Shown piece by piece: positions 39,856 to 55,274 of a stretch of DNA of 64,000 nt. The notes under the pieces were generated by a model. The model had not been told where the DNA came from. It made no database searches and saw only the letters and a list, made by a program, of their open reading frames with translations. Location of the stretch: positions 8,990,001 to 9,054,000 of the forward strand of contig OX597837.1 of the NCBI GenBank assembly GCA_951406725.2. The letters are read 5' to 3'. Each line of letters opens with the position of its first letter. Within the stretch, counting starts at the first letter, position 1. The translations under genes were made by a program, and so were the position numbers. This DNA is from Octopus vulgaris (taxonomy: Eukaryota).

Positions 39856-40043
39856 TCGAAGAAGAAGAAGAAGAAGAAGAAGAAGAAGAACAACAACAAC
39901 AACAACAACAACAATATTGTCATCAACAAGAACTAAAATAACGACAACCAAAACAATAATATATATAAAATTATGTATCTACATACGTTGTACTGCCCCT
40001 AGCAACCACTCTCTTTCTCTGTCCCTCAGTCCATCTCTCTGTA

Positions 40044-40084
<41 letters not shown>

Positions 40085-40182
40085 ATCTATACATATGTAT
40101 CTTTGTGTGATTACGTGTGAGTATGCACTTATGTGAAAACAAGTTTACAGAACGCAACACATACATACGCACGCACATATAA

Positions 40183-40242
<60 letters not shown>

Positions 40243-40579
40243 GGAATATGTAGGTAGAATGTAGGTAGGTAGGAAGTTTCGAGCAGACATAATATAACTT
40301 CGGACGACGAACGTACATTGACACAACGATATTTTGTTTATAGTCTGCATGTGCCTGTCTGTCTGTGTGTCTTGGTTGTTACTGAAAAGGACCTCGGGGT
40401 CTTCAATTAAAACATTTCTCGAAAGTCTATTTAGACAGATCCAGCTGCTGTCAAAAGCAATTGACTTAAAGCAATTCCTTGCAAAAATAAACGTTTCTTT
40501 TTTTATATATATTGTATTAAAATACCCCAAACCACAAGCGAATTTTTACATACTTACCTACAAGCATATATTCATCCAT

Positions 40580-40604
40580 ATGTATGTGTGTATGTGTGTG
40601 TGTT

Positions 40605-40653
<49 letters not shown>

Positions 40654-40801
40654 CTATTTATCTGCTTAACCGTTTTCTTTCTTTCTCTCTGTCTCTCTTT
40701 TCCCCACATACAAACGCCTACATACGTATACGTACACATGTTTACATGTGTGTATACATGCGGGCTCTTTGGTGTATATGTCCCAATAATGTATGTTTAA
40801 T

Positions 40802-40833
<32 letters not shown>

Positions 40834-40977
40834 TATACATACATGTATATATATATATATATATACATACATATATATATATAGGTATATATATATACAT
40901 ATATATACATATATATATACATATATATATACATATATATATATACATATATATATATATACATATATATATAAACA

Positions 40978-41033
<56 letters not shown>

Positions 41034-42105
41034 TATATATATATATGAATATAACATAAATATTTGTAAATATGTTAATATATATATATGTGCATATCTT
41101 TATAAATATGTATGTATGTATGAATTTACTTATGTATATATGTATGTGCGTTTAATTGAACGAATATATCCATATATATGTACATAGCCAGTGAGTTGAA
41201 AAGAGAGAGAGAAGAAAGAAAAAAAGGGAGAGGTGGACGGATCGAGGGAGAGCAACGCAGGGTGGGGCAGAGAACAATTGGGGTTTAAACACTATTACAA
41301 AAATATATACAATTATATAAAAATATATTAAAATAATATATAAAATATTTAAAATTGCAAAACAATCATTTTCAATACCATAAATATAATATAAAATAAA
41401 ACTGTTTTTTTTTGTCAATTTTTACACATTTTTATCTAACCATGAAAAGAATTATTTTTTTAACTATTCTGTTCTTCTATAATTTTTACTTCATTTTTTA
41501 ATTTTATTTTATTTTATTTTATTTTATTTTCATATTCAGTGTTTGAATTTTCTATTTATTATTTTTATTCTATTTTATTTCATAGTTTATTGTCTGCTTT
41601 TATCTGAATAAAATCATATTCGTATGGTAGTAAGCGAGGCATTTATTCGATAAAAATGAAGCTTAGGAAAAGCTTATGGTATATATTTAGAGACTCTTTT
41701 ACGATTTAAAAACCATAAAACTCTGACATATATTACTTTGTTATAGCTCATACCCTTGTTACTGTTGTTGTTGCTGTTGTAAGCAGTGGCGTTGGTGTTG
41801 GTAGAAGGAGTAGTGTAATTTTCTTTTTTATTATCTGCTATTATATTTGTTATATTAAAATTATATTTTGCTGTTTTGTTTTAATTTTCTTTATTTTGCT
41901 TTTTTGTTTTGATGTTGTTATTGTGGTAATCTTGAGAAATTTGTGTTTCATTTTTTTTTTCTAAGTCTTTTCTTCTTTAAATGTCTTTCGGCAAAAGATA
42001 TACATGAAGAAGAACAGCGGAATATGTGTATATATGTGTTTAGGTTGCGAGTGTGCTCATACATACATAATAAATATATACATACATACGTATATAGATA
42101 CATAA

Positions 42106-42151
<46 letters not shown>

Positions 42152-42419
42152 GTGTATGTATATATATATATACATACATATATACATATACATATATATA
42201 TATACATTTATATATGAATATACATCTATAGTACATATATATAAATATACATATATATATGTATATATATACACACAGATATATATATGTATATCTGTCG
42301 GTGTAGCTATAAATCTTTCCCTATACATCTATCTTCTCGATCTAATTATCTGTTGGTATATCTATTGATCTACAATCTCTGACTATATACATATATACAC
42401 ATATACATACACACATACA

Positions 42420-42455
<36 letters not shown>

Positions 42456-42567
42456 TATATACATATGCACGTATATATAGATATGTATTTATATATATAT
42501 ATGTGTGTGTCTGTATGTGTGTATGCATACATGCACACGTGTGTACGTATATATCTGTTTCATATGC

Positions 42568-42621
<54 letters not shown>

Positions 42622-42630
42622 TCATACATG
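40580..42630. repeat. TA/TACA microsatellite blocks with AT-rich low-complexity spacer
   Basis: Direct reading (40580-41150 and 42060-42630). Confidence 0.88.
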
Positions 42631-42798
42631 TTTTGTATGTATGAATATTGTGTTTATTTGATTTACTGCTCTTTACGAAACGACATTTCCTGTGAACATG
42701 TCGATAGATTACAAACATACTTCATTGTTATAACCAAACAATACACTACAATATAAACATTTACGCAATATATTAGGGACATTTTTCTTTGTACACAC

Positions 42799-42837
<39 letters not shown>

Positions 42838-42959
42838 TATGCAGATTTTTATTTCCATTAAAATCATCATCACAATTATTGCCATAATGATAACAACAAC
42901 AGAAATAAAAATAATACTGATAATGATGATGACAGTGAGGTGGATGGATGATGATAATA

Positions 42960-43012
42960 AAAATAATCATCATAACATTATCATTATTATTATCATTATT
43001 ATTATTATAGTG

Positions 43013-43054
<42 letters not shown>

Positions 43055-43560
43055 GTTGTTGCAGTTGTTGTTGTTGTTATTATTATTATCATTATTATTA
43101 TTGTTGTTGTTGTTATTATTATTGTTAGTATTATTATTGTTGTTGTTGTTGTTATTATTATTGTTGTTACTATTGTTGTTATTATTATTGTTGTTATTAT
43201 TATTGTTATTATTATTATTGTTATTATTATTATTATTGTTGTTGTTATAGTTGTTGTTTATATTATTATTATTATTGTTGTTGTTGTTGTTGTTGTTGTG
43301 ACTGTTGTTATCATTATCGTTTTATTTGTTATTGATAACGTCAGTGTCATTGCTGCTATTATCATTAAAATCATCCTCGTTGTAATACTTATCAATATCT
43401 TTTTTATTGCCACCATTATCATCGTAATTGCTTTCCTTGTCCTTGCAGCTGTTGTTGTTATTGTTGTTGTTGCTGTTTTGTTTTAGTTGTTGTTGTTGTT
43501 CTTGTTCTTGTTGCTCTTCTCCTTCTGCTTCTTTTTTCTCCTTCCTCTTCTTCTTATCGT
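42960..43560. repeat. Compound (ATT)n/(GTT)n trinucleotide tract
   Basis: Direct reading; produces the poly-I/V and poly-L ORFs. Confidence 0.95.
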
Positions 43561-43804
43561 TCTTATTCTCTTTCATCATATTTATTTTTAACCCATACAC
43601 AAGGCTATACACACGCACACCCACGCACTCACAGCTACACACATACATACCCACACATACATACACACTCTCTCATACACAGATACGCATACATATGCAG
43701 TCAATCATACACATATATGTAGAATGTGTACATATATAGATCTACATATAAGTATGATGGCAGACGCCATATCTATCTATCTATCTATTTACATGGTTGT
43801 GTGC

Positions 43805-43901
<97 letters not shown>

Positions 43902-44378
43902 TAGGCGTTTGTATGTATGTATATATATATGCGTGTGTGTGCGTGTGTGTGTATGTATGTATATATGCATATACGCATGTATGTGTGTGTGTGTGTGTGT
44001 ATATTGTCACCTGAATTAATCGACTAAATAGCGTCCAGAGTGATGGAAGTCAAAAGTTGACCTCTTGGGTATTTGAACGCAAAACTTAAAGTACCGCCGA
44101 AGTAAACGCCGCAAGCATTTTTGCCTGGAATCTTAACGATTCTGCCGACTCAACACTTTGATTGTAATGGTTTCTAAGTTTGCAATAGAAAACCACTTTT
44201 CGATATGAGTTTTAGTCGATTAGTTCGAACTCAATCTTTGAACAGGAACTTCTTTTATCGATTCCGAAATGATAAAAGTTAAAGTTTACCTTGATGGCTT
44301 TTGAACTCAAAACATGGAGCAGGTTAAATAACTCTGCATCATTTTCTGTCCAGTTTTCTGTTGATTCAACCAAATTTC

Positions 44379-44547
44379 GGCGTAACTTCGGTATAGGTAC
44401 CGGAAATACCCGATACATGTCAAAAAAGTGTTTTCTTTTTATATATGTCGGGTTAGGGTTAGGGGTGAGAGAAAAGGGTTTCTGTTATCTTCAGAAATGT
44501 AAACAAGCCATTTCCGGTACTTACGGTACCTATACCGAATGATCGCC
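44379..44547. mobile_element. Small MITE with ~24-bp TIRs and internal TTAGGG-like motif
   Basis: ggcgtaacttcggtataggtaccg ... cggtacctataccgaatgatcgcc; gggttagggttagggg at ~44450-44465. Confidence 0.75.
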
Positions 44548-45402
44548 CAATATTCTTATCTAAGAAATAACAGTTAAACTTTGTAGCACCAGACCAGCAA
44601 ATTTCCCTTCAGTAAATCTGTTACACCGTTCTTAATGCTCCACTGGTTCTAATTTTAACAATCCTGAATGAATGAATTGCAGAATTCTACACAGTAGGAT
44701 TTGAACTCAGATTGTAAAGAACCAACGGCAAGAAATGCCACTATTCACTTTGTTTGGTGCGATAACAATTCTGCCAGCTCCCGGCCTTGCTGGACTAGCA
44801 AACAATAATAATAACTACTATGGATGCTAATCTGAAATTTTTAGACTGGGTTGTCGATTAAATCAACACCCAGTATTTGACATCCGCGGGAAAATGAAAG
44901 ATAATTTTGAATTCGGAGTTTAAATCAGGCCGTGATTACCTATATATTTCTGTGGTTGCCAAATATCGGGCTCGATTTATTCAACAAACGTTCATTCCAA
45001 ATTTGGGGCTTCGTACTTATAGATAAAAACAACTATTATTAAACGACAGACTATGCTGATGATCTTGCAGATGTTATGTATTCATATACGTAAATTATTA
45101 ACAAGTGAAACTAATTAGTACATAGGTAATCGTTTTTTATATGCATATTTTCATTTGGCTTGCTTATTTTTACGCTTTTAGATTTTTGCTGAATTTTTTC
45201 TTGGGAACACATTCTCCGTGGAAAATGGCGATTTTGACCTCCATATCTAGCATACAGGCTGTCCACTTTTAGTGGTCAATCCTCTAAATTTTGTACGTAA
45301 AAAAATTTTTAATCTTCGGATTTTTTGAATATGCTAGGTCACTGATTTTTAATTAATTAATATCAATTTCTACCCGTATTTCATTATACATATATATATA
45401 TA

Positions 45403-45568
45403 CGACGGTTTTCTTTCAATTTCCGTTTACCATATACGCTCAAATGGCATTGGTCTACTCGAGACCCTATCAGAAGAAACTTCTCCAAGGTTCCACGCGT
45501 TGGAGCTGAACTCGGAAACTTGTAGTTAGGAATCAAGCTTCTTACGACACAACGCTGCACCTGTGTAT

Positions 45569-45600
<32 letters not shown>

Positions 45601-45628
45601 ATATGCGTGTTTGTATCTGTTATATATG

Positions 45629-45663
<35 letters not shown>

Positions 45664-45816
45664 GTATATATGTATAAACATATGTATATATATATATGTG
45701 TACATATATGTATACATACATACTTAGATATATATGTTATATATATAGAGAGAGAGATACATTCGTACATACACATAAATATCTGTATGTATGTATATGT
45801 ATATTTATGTATATAC

Positions 45817-45864
<48 letters not shown>

Positions 45865-46025
45865 GACGGGCTTTTTTCAGTTCCTGTCAAGCAACTCCAC
45901 TCACGAGGCTTGCTCCGTTAGAAGGTAGAGTAGATGTCACTAGCTCAATTCTCCACTCAGCATCTTTGAACCGAAGATCATATCTTTGAGAGACAAGCAT
46001 CTCAATCCACGATCACATCTGCCCC
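45403..46025 (-). mobile_element. Two degenerate family D SINE heads separated by a TA tract
   Basis: cgacggttttctttcaatttccg (45403-45563) and cgacgggcttttttcagttcc (45864-46025). Confidence 0.7.
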
Positions 46026-46609
46026 TACAAATCTATGAGGGATGATAAAATGAGGTTAAAAGGATTACAATGATCAGGTTTTAATGTAAATGTTTTCATA
46101 AGGAATATTCTATGTACAGAAATTTTATATTTTACACATAAATATAAAAAGGTAAAAAAACTTCCCAGCAAAAGAATACGTTAAAACGAAGTTACTGTTA
46201 ACCCATCATTTCCAATAAAAATAAAATTATTCATTGGCTGCGATTTTTTTTTTCATTTCTTCTTTCTTTCATTCAATATTCCGGGAAATTTTTCACGTGA
46301 TAACTTGATATATTATCGACTTGTGATTTGGGAATATCTGCGAGCAAACGGCTTTTACAATGTGCGAATCTGCCAAAATACGCAACACAACTGAAATAAT
46401 ATAGCGTCGTTTTTTTGTTTGTGTCTGAGAAGCAACGTGTGTTTGTATTGGTTGTTAAATATAGCAGCTAAATTTTCCTCAAACCACGTTCTCCTGTCTT
46501 AAGATCATTCTTCGCACACTTATTTATGAACAAATGCGACACGGTAGGAAGGCTTTTTACGATGTCTCAGAATACAACTGTCAGAAATAACAGATGCCAC
46601 AAAATCAAA

Positions 46610-46975
46610 ACTACTACTACTACTACTACAACCATATTTGTGATGATACATCTATTACAATTACAATTACAACAACTACTACTACTATATCAACTACTAA
46701 TACTACTACTATTGCTACTAGTACTACTACACCTACTACAACTACTATTACTACATGTATAACAACAGCTACTACTACAACTATTACTACTACTACTACA
46801 ACTACCACTACAACTACAACTTCTACTACTACAACTACTATTACTACACCTACTACAACCACATCAGCAACAACTACTTCTACAACAACTGCTACTACTA
46901 CTTCTACGTAAAGACAGACGAAATACTGCTAACTACTACGACTACTACTACTACCACAACCACCACCACCGCTAC
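46610..46975. repeat. (ACT/ACA)n trinucleotide tract
   Basis: Direct reading; poly-Thr ORF artefact. Confidence 0.93.
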
Positions 46976-47161
46976 CCAAATATTTTCTTCCCTTTCAGTG
47001 ATTCCCATCCTCTAACATAGGTAGTCGAAGTAATACTATGCGAAGAAAAATAAATATAGAAGGCGACGGTCATAGATGGAATGGCTTTCGTTACACATCA
47101 GCTCCATCAGATCTGGACTGGAGCCAAACATATCTTTCTTACTCCCTTACTGTAGCTCTCT

Positions 47162-47472
47162 CTAAGGCTGGAGAAGAAATGCCTGTCGCAAAGTGTGTTT
47201 CGTAAAAGATGGAAGTCTCTAGCAAGTATGTTGCGAGTGAAAGAACCTGTTTAATGGAGAATGTAAAAAAGGAGAAAGCAAAGTCTTCAGTGTATGTGGT
47301 TTGTGGGGTCAACCGCATCCTCCGCTTCATTTTTTGTTACTCACTCATTCTCATTTAATTGTATATATTTTAATTGTTTTTTTATTCATACGTTTCGTCT
47401 CATTCGATACCCTGACCCCAACGTTTGTTTTGTCCCCTCTTTTTCTCAACCTTATGGTGAATAAAGAAATAC
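47162..47472 (+). mobile_element. Extreme 3' end of a second Tx1-like element, in (TC)n
   Basis: LRLEKKCLSQSVFRKRWKSLASMLRV* (stop 47252-47254) parallels VRVERQVLSSECFKKRWVNVARM; UTR ends aataaagaaatac; ctctctct on both sides. Confidence 0.75.
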
Positions 47473-48865
47473 TTTTTCTCTCTCTCTCTGCGCATTGCAA
47501 AGCTTTTTGGAACGGTTGTTGTTAAATACAAACAATCTTCAGAACCCGTTTAATTTTTGACCCTAAAATGATGCAATGCAAACTGAACTGAACCAGGAAT
47601 TGAACTTCAACCGTAAACATAAATAAACATTGAGATTCACGTAGGCAGTAGCCCCAACATCCAGCGTTTCATTGCAATACAAGAAAAAATTAATAAGAAA
47701 ATACGTTGACTGCCTGCCTGTATGTGTCTGCATATTGCGGCCATTGTTTTGCCTGTATGTGAAGGAAAGAGAGTGTGGTTTCTTAACATAGTGTGTAAGG
47801 GGCGTATTTCTTTGAAGCACATTTCCAATCTCTTTCTATTTCTTTGTTTATTATAATTCTGGTTTTGATTATTTTCATTTTCTCCAAAACAAAATTTCAA
47901 TATTATCAAATATGAAAAATAAAAATTATTGCATCTTTAAATTATTCTTTCTTTGTTCGGTGATTTTCGCAAATGTTGTTATAGAGTTGGGAAGGGAAGC
48001 CGAGATTAAATAGTTGAATACCGCAGATAAAACAGGAAGCCAGGAAACCGTCGAACTATTACAACGATAGAAAGAAATTCAACGAAAGGATCTGAAACTA
48101 AATTTTCACTTTAAAGAACAAACGTGGAAAAAAAAATAGCTGTCAATTACGGCGGCTCGGTGACAATACGAACCGATATGAGCACATTTTAGTCACGACC
48201 CGAGTTGTGATCAACTCAAAGTTAAGTCTCTATTAACAAGCCTTAATATGTTGACAGATGCTTCAATGAAGTCCACTGCGACACTAAAAGCTTGTTCACT
48301 AATAAAATAATATTTTTTCATTTGGTTATTTTGCTATTAATTTATTTCTGTCTGAAACCGTTTGGAATTTCAATTTATTTATTTCTTTATTGTCATTTTT
48401 ATTATCATTATCATATTTTTTTTTATTTTAAATTCTAAAGCATTGCTCACAAGTTGAAATAATTATTTAAAGTTTCGACTGTAATATCATTTTAATTGCA
48501 GGTTTTATATTTTTGCTGTATTGAAAGAATTAATATTCCCAAGCCATCTGGTGGTGAGTCGTTAAGTAGGAATAATGCTTCATGTAAAATGATTTTAAAT
48601 TCGTCGCGGCTAGAAAATTAAAAGTTTCCAGTTTTCCCCTCATTTACACTACATTTCATTAAAATAGGAAGATGGAAACTAGATTCTTAAACCAAGGACC
48701 AAACACCATGGACCAAAGAAGTCTTCGTGGAAGCCTCTACATTGTCGCTCTAACAATAAGAAATTGAAACCAAATCCTCTTTCCCCTGCTCTACAAAACC
48801 AGCGCCCTTTCGAAGCGGATTTAGTAGAACGTGGAGGTTAATGCTGAAAATATTATTTTTATAAA

Positions 48866-49062
48866 GGCGGCGAGCTGGCAGAATCATTAGCACGCCGGGC
48901 GAAATGCTTAGCGGTATTTGGTCTGCCGCTACGTTCTCAGTTCAAATTCCACCAGTGCTCTCCTGGTACTAATTTCATCAATCCCCAAAAAGATGAACGG
49001 CAAAGTCGACCTTGATGAAATTTGAACTCAAAACGTAAGGACGGACGAAATACCGCTAAGTA
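48866..49062. mobile_element. Fused + and - family A fragments
   Basis: + head to aaattcc (~48950), then minus-strand core/head ctggtactaatttcatc...gacgaaataccgctaag. Confidence 0.8.
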
Positions 49063-49401
49063 TTTGAGAAAGATTTAGCTGCAATTTCTTACACGCTCAG
49101 CGATTAAACTGTAACATCCTTGTACCCCACAAAGGTACAAAGAATGTGAGAAAGATTTAGCTGCTATTTTTAAGACGCTCAGCAATTAGACAGAAACCCC
49201 CTCATACAGTTTATTTCTTCTCGACAGGGCTTTAAATTAAATATGGAAACGCTTAAATGTCTGCGCATGTAGATTTGTGTTTCTGTTTGGGTGACTATGT
49301 ACACGTGTTCGTAAGTGTTCTCTTCTTTTTACCATAGATCTTTAATAATCCAACATGCGTTTGATCAAAATCTTTCCAAACCCATAAAATATTCATATAT
49401 A

Positions 49402-49634
49402 TATTTCTTTACTACCTACAAGGCGCTAAACACAGAGGGAACAAACAAGGACAGACAAACGGATTAAGTCGATTACACCGACTCCAGTGCGTAACTGGTA
49501 TTTAATTTATCGACCCCGAAAGGATGAAAGGCAAAGTCGACCTCGGCGGAATTTGAACCCAGAACGTAACGGCAGAACGAAATACGGCTACGCATTTCGC
49601 CCAGCGTGCAAACGATTCTACCAGCTCGCCGCCT
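49402..49634 (-). mobile_element. SINE family A
   Basis: Full consensus; attcatat repeated on both flanks (possible TSD). Confidence 0.92.
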
Positions 49635-50164
49635 TATATAAGATTCATATGCGGTTCGTCTAGCGTTACTGTCTCGGAAGTAGGTACCCTGCTGTCAGTA
49701 CGTTTTCAGGGTATAATTTGAGCGAAAACCATCTGGTCGCCATATCTAATCATGCTTAACAGTTCCATAAAGCGTACCCTGATAAATGAACCACCACTGC
49801 AGCAACAGTTTTTAAAAAAATCATTTTTCTGCTAAATACTTGTGTTTGCTACATTTTACCATTTCCATAGAGTTTTACACCTGTTGATATTTCTTGTTGT
49901 TTATGAAATTTAAATTTTCATCAATATGCTTGCACTCGCTTAAACTATTCATCATGGAGTGTGAATTTTTAAGATGCAGATCAATGGAATCTGCACAGCA
50001 TGTTGTTAGTTTAATTCAACTCCAGAATTTTTTTTTATATTTTATTCATCTATTTCATTTTACCGTGTAATATTTGTTACTGGTTCTCGATTTGAGTTGT
50101 ACGCTATTTCCAGATTTCTTTCACTTTCGCTTCTCTTTCTCACTCTTTCCTTCACTGTCTCTGC

Positions 50165-50339
50165 CTCTCTCTCTCTCTCTCACTCTGTCTTCCATTTACT
50201 CACTCATACACAAAGATACTCCTACGCGCAGACACACACACACACACACACACACACAAGCACACAGAAGCATACACGCTTTCTTGGTGTCTTGGCCTCC
50301 CGTTCTACTCGCTCTCGTTGAAAGCTCAATAGTTATATA

Positions 50340-50411
<72 letters not shown>

Positions 50412-50586
50412 GTGTATATGTGTGTGGGTGTGCGAGCGTGTGCATGTGTCGAAAAGACAGAAAAAACAGAGACAGAGAGATAGAGAAGGAGTTAGAAGTA
50501 CATATATCCGTATATATGTATATGTATGTATATATATATGTATATATATACCTATATATGTATATGTATGTATATATATGTGCATG

Positions 50587-50617
<31 letters not shown>

Positions 50618-50712
50618 CCACACAGACGAACAAACACACATATGAAATACAAGAACTCTGATCAACATAAAATGGTAAGAGGAACGTCTGAGACCAAATC
50701 AATTGTCTTTTA
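50165..50712 (+). repeat. Local duplication, copy 1
   Basis: Unique blocks (cactctgtcttccatttactcactc; cctcccgttctactcgctctcgttgaaagctcaat; atgaaatacaagaactctgatcaacataaaatggtaagaggaacgtctgagac) recur at 51755-52412. Confidence 0.93.
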
Positions 50713-51171
50713 TCGATTTCTCATTTCTTTGGGGTTGAATTTGTGTGAACTTTTCTTTTTTCTTTTTGAAGTTGGTGGAGGTGTTCAGATGAAGGGGATT
50801 TTTCTTAAAGATTTTTATCCTATTTCATATCATTGCTAAAGCACAGAACTCGGAGGGAGATGATTTCTTTAAAATGTTTTTTTTATAAAGAAATATTTTT
50901 GTAATTTTTCATCTGAAAAGATTCTTGTTTTGTAAAGAGTGCAAAAAAATATTTCCATCTTTAGAACGCCAACTCAATTTAATTATCAATATTTCTGTGC
51001 GGTTAAGAAATAAATTTCACTTCGATGTTCGTTCGGTTCAATACAATAAAGCAGCATCAAGGGGCCTGTTTGGCATGGTTTCTACAGAGTCATTCCAAGT
51101 TTTCCCCTGACTCATTCGTGGAAACAAGTAGACGTTGGTACATGGCGGAAGTGCCTTACGCATATATATAT

Positions 51172-51360
51172 AAAGGGAAAGTTTACGAAAATAAACAAAA
51201 GACGAAGGCAGGTGGAGTACAAACAAACAAATGTATTAGTATAGCGCTCAGGAATAGAAAAAGTCTTTTACGTTTCGAGCCTACGCACTTCGACAGAAAG
51301 AAACACAGAAAAAAACAAGGAGAGAAAAAAATGCGTGTAGTAGCTAACGATCTATCATGA
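51172..51360 (-). mobile_element. Second copy of TA-flanked repeat with hammerhead-like motif
   Basis: Matches 20778-20945; minus strand ctttCTGTCGAAgtgcgtaggctcGAAACGTAaaag at 51265-51300. Confidence 0.7.
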
Positions 51361-51411
<51 letters not shown>

Positions 51412-51480
51412 TGCTTAGAGAAAAAGAAACGAAACGAAACGAATCGAATCAAATCGACGCGAAGGTGCTCAGTCATACTA

Positions 51481-52659
<1,179 letters not shown>

Positions 52660-52869
52660 TATATGCGTTAAGGCACTTATATATATATATAGTAAAATTA
52701 TATATATATAGTAAAATTTATTTTCCAGTATTATAAGGTTGTCCTATACAAGGTTGATCTGAAAAAGAGTCTTGTTTTGTGAAAAATGAACGCCAACTCG
52801 ATTTAATTATCAATTTTTCTGCGCCTTAGGAACCTCTGTGAATAAGTCGAAGGACTTTCGGAATAATAT

Positions 52870-53080
52870 TCATTTTCTGACGCGAATACAATCAACTAGT
52901 TTAGGTCAGATGGTATGAAACGAGTTTGGCGACGACCAGATGAAGATAATAGCGACAAATGCATCGTACCTACCGTGAAACACGGTGGTGGAAGTTTTAT
53001 GTTTTGGGGATGCATGTGTGCGACTGGTGTGAAGGAAAACATATTTATTGAGAGTAAAATAAACAATGATATATATATCG
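52870..53080 (+). pseudogene. Tc1-family transposase fragment
   Basis: FSDANTIN*FRSDGMKRVWRRPDE...CIVPTVKHGGGSFMFWGC: Tc1 catalytic-domain N-terminal motifs with in-frame stop. Confidence 0.88.
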
Positions 53081-53239
53081 TTGCCATAATGTCGTAAGTC
53101 ATTGCTATTATGTCGTAAGTCCTAAACGTTGTTTTTTCACAAATCGACAAAAGTAGATTCACCATTCTGTAGCAAAACCGTGGTGCTACACTTTGGCAAT
53201 ATTTGGACATACGACAGTTTAACATCATAGTAACGATAT

Positions 53240-53623
53240 ATATATATATATATAAACGGCAGTTTGTCTGTGTGTGTTTCTGTGTGTCTGTTAGGTTGTA
53301 CCCTCACCCTGACCACGGCTTTCAACCGATCCTGATGAAACTTGATACACACATAACCCAATGACATAATTCAAAACTAACGCAGCGAAAATTTTGAAAA
53401 GTTCCCCCAGTTCTGAAAAAAATCGATAAATTTGACATGGGGTCGAGAATCAGAAACACAAACCACAGACTGTCTAGGGGACGCAACTCGACCTTTTAAC
53501 TCTCAAAAAAAAATTTACCATCATTTTTTTTCCATTTTTTTGCTATTTTTTGGCTATAACTCTCTAAAAATGCTTTATAGTTATTTTCCTTACAAACCCG
53601 AGCAACGCCGGGTGATACTGCTA

Positions 53624-53624
<1 letters not shown>
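53240..53624 (+). mobile_element. Non-autonomous Helitron
   Basis: 3' GC hairpin cccgagcaacgccggg 8 nt before terminal CTAG, followed by T; 5' tatataaa + (TG/TCTG) run and caaccgatcctgatgaaactt typical of short animal Helitrons. Confidence 0.8.
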
Positions 53625-53671
<47 letters not shown>

Positions 53672-54043
53672 GATTCTCCAGCCAGGTTTATTTTATTCGT
53701 GATACTTGTAATTCACCTCTGTGTTGATCTTAGCTTTGTTCGGTGTTATATTGGCAAAGATGTATAGTATGTAAGTGTTGTCTACTAATATTTTCCTAGC
53801 AGGTTCCCGTATATGTGGCGAAGTAATTCGCCAATGCTCTTTACTAGAAAAATAACGGCTACATGAGGTTAGGTTACTTCATGTTCAGAATATAAAAGTG
53901 AAAATCTCGAAACACCAATGATACAATTAAGAACCGGGTTGTTTCAAACATAATGCAAGAGATTTATGCGAAAATATAATATATACAATTTATAGAGAAG
54001 ATAAAGCCAAAATGCTATCACGTTTTCAGTGCATCATATTTAT

Positions 54044-54125
<82 letters not shown>

Positions 54126-54253
54126 TGTGTGTGTACACATACAATACATATATATATATATAAACACATATATACACATACATATATCTATATATATTAA
54201 TATGTATGCATATATATATATATATACATATGTTTATATATATGTATATATAC

Positions 54254-54390
<137 letters not shown>

Positions 54391-54444
54391 TAGATATAGA
54401 TATATATATGTGTGTATACAATATATATATATATATGTGTGTGT

Positions 54445-54476
<32 letters not shown>

Positions 54477-54620
54477 GAGAAAGAGAGAAAGAGAGAGAGA
54501 GAGAGAAATTATGAAATTGAGTCGAACGCAGGTGTTATTCAAATCATTTAAACCTCCATCTATCGTAAGTTACGAAAACAGCATTGAGTAATTTCCTTGG
54601 CATTTACGTGAATTTGTGCT
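54477..54620 (+). repeat. Dispersed TA-adjacent repeat, copy also at 62572-62725
   Basis: gagtc(g/a)aacgcaggtgttattcaaat...acagcattgagtaa...gtgaatttgtgctac in both. Confidence 0.85.
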
Positions 54621-54640
54621 ACTATTTAATTATATATTAT

Positions 54641-55020
54641 TTTACTCATTTGCTCTTTTACTTGTTTCAGTCATTGGACTGCGGCCATGCTGGAGAACCG
54701 CCTTTAGTCGAGCAAATCGACCCCAGAAACTAATTCTTTGTAAGCCTAGTACTTATTCGATCGGTCTCTTTTGCAGAACCGCTAGGTTACGGGAACCTAA
54801 ACACACAGGCATCGGTTGTCAAGCGATATTGGGGTTACAAACACAGACACAAAAACATACACATATACATATACATACATACGACGGGCTTCTTTCAGAT
54901 CCGTCTACCAAATCCACTGACAAGGATTTGGTCGGCCTGAAGCTATAGTAGAAGACACTTGTCCGTGGGACTAAACCGGGAACTATGTGGCTGGTAAGCA
55001 AGCTACTTACTACACAGCCA
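54641..55020 (-). mobile_element. Near full-length family D SINE
   Basis: Reverse complement of 16678-17098 incl. tail cttttacttgtttcagtcattggactgcggccatgctgg. Confidence 0.92.
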
Positions 55021-55152
55021 ATATATATATGCATACATACATACATACATACATACATACATACATACATACACATACACACACACAGACACATATATAT
55101 CTGTGTTTGCGTGTGTATTTGTACAGACATATATAAATACACTCCAATTGTA

Positions 55153-55274
55153 TGACGACGTGTTTTGACGACTTGTTTTTTGACGACGTGGTTTTTGACG
55201 ACGTGTTTTTTGATGATGTGCTTTTTGACGTGTTTTTTGACGACGTGTTTTATGACGACGTGTTTTTGACGACG
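55153..55274. repeat. Minisatellite, ~14-15 bp unit gacgacgtgttttt(t), ~8-9 copies
   Basis: Direct reading. Confidence 0.9.

Noticed and set aside
44450-44465. True telomere or fusion site
   Set aside because: Only ~2.5 repeats, inside a MITE
55153-55274. CRISPR/iteron-like short repeats
   Set aside because: Contiguous minisatellite with no spacers
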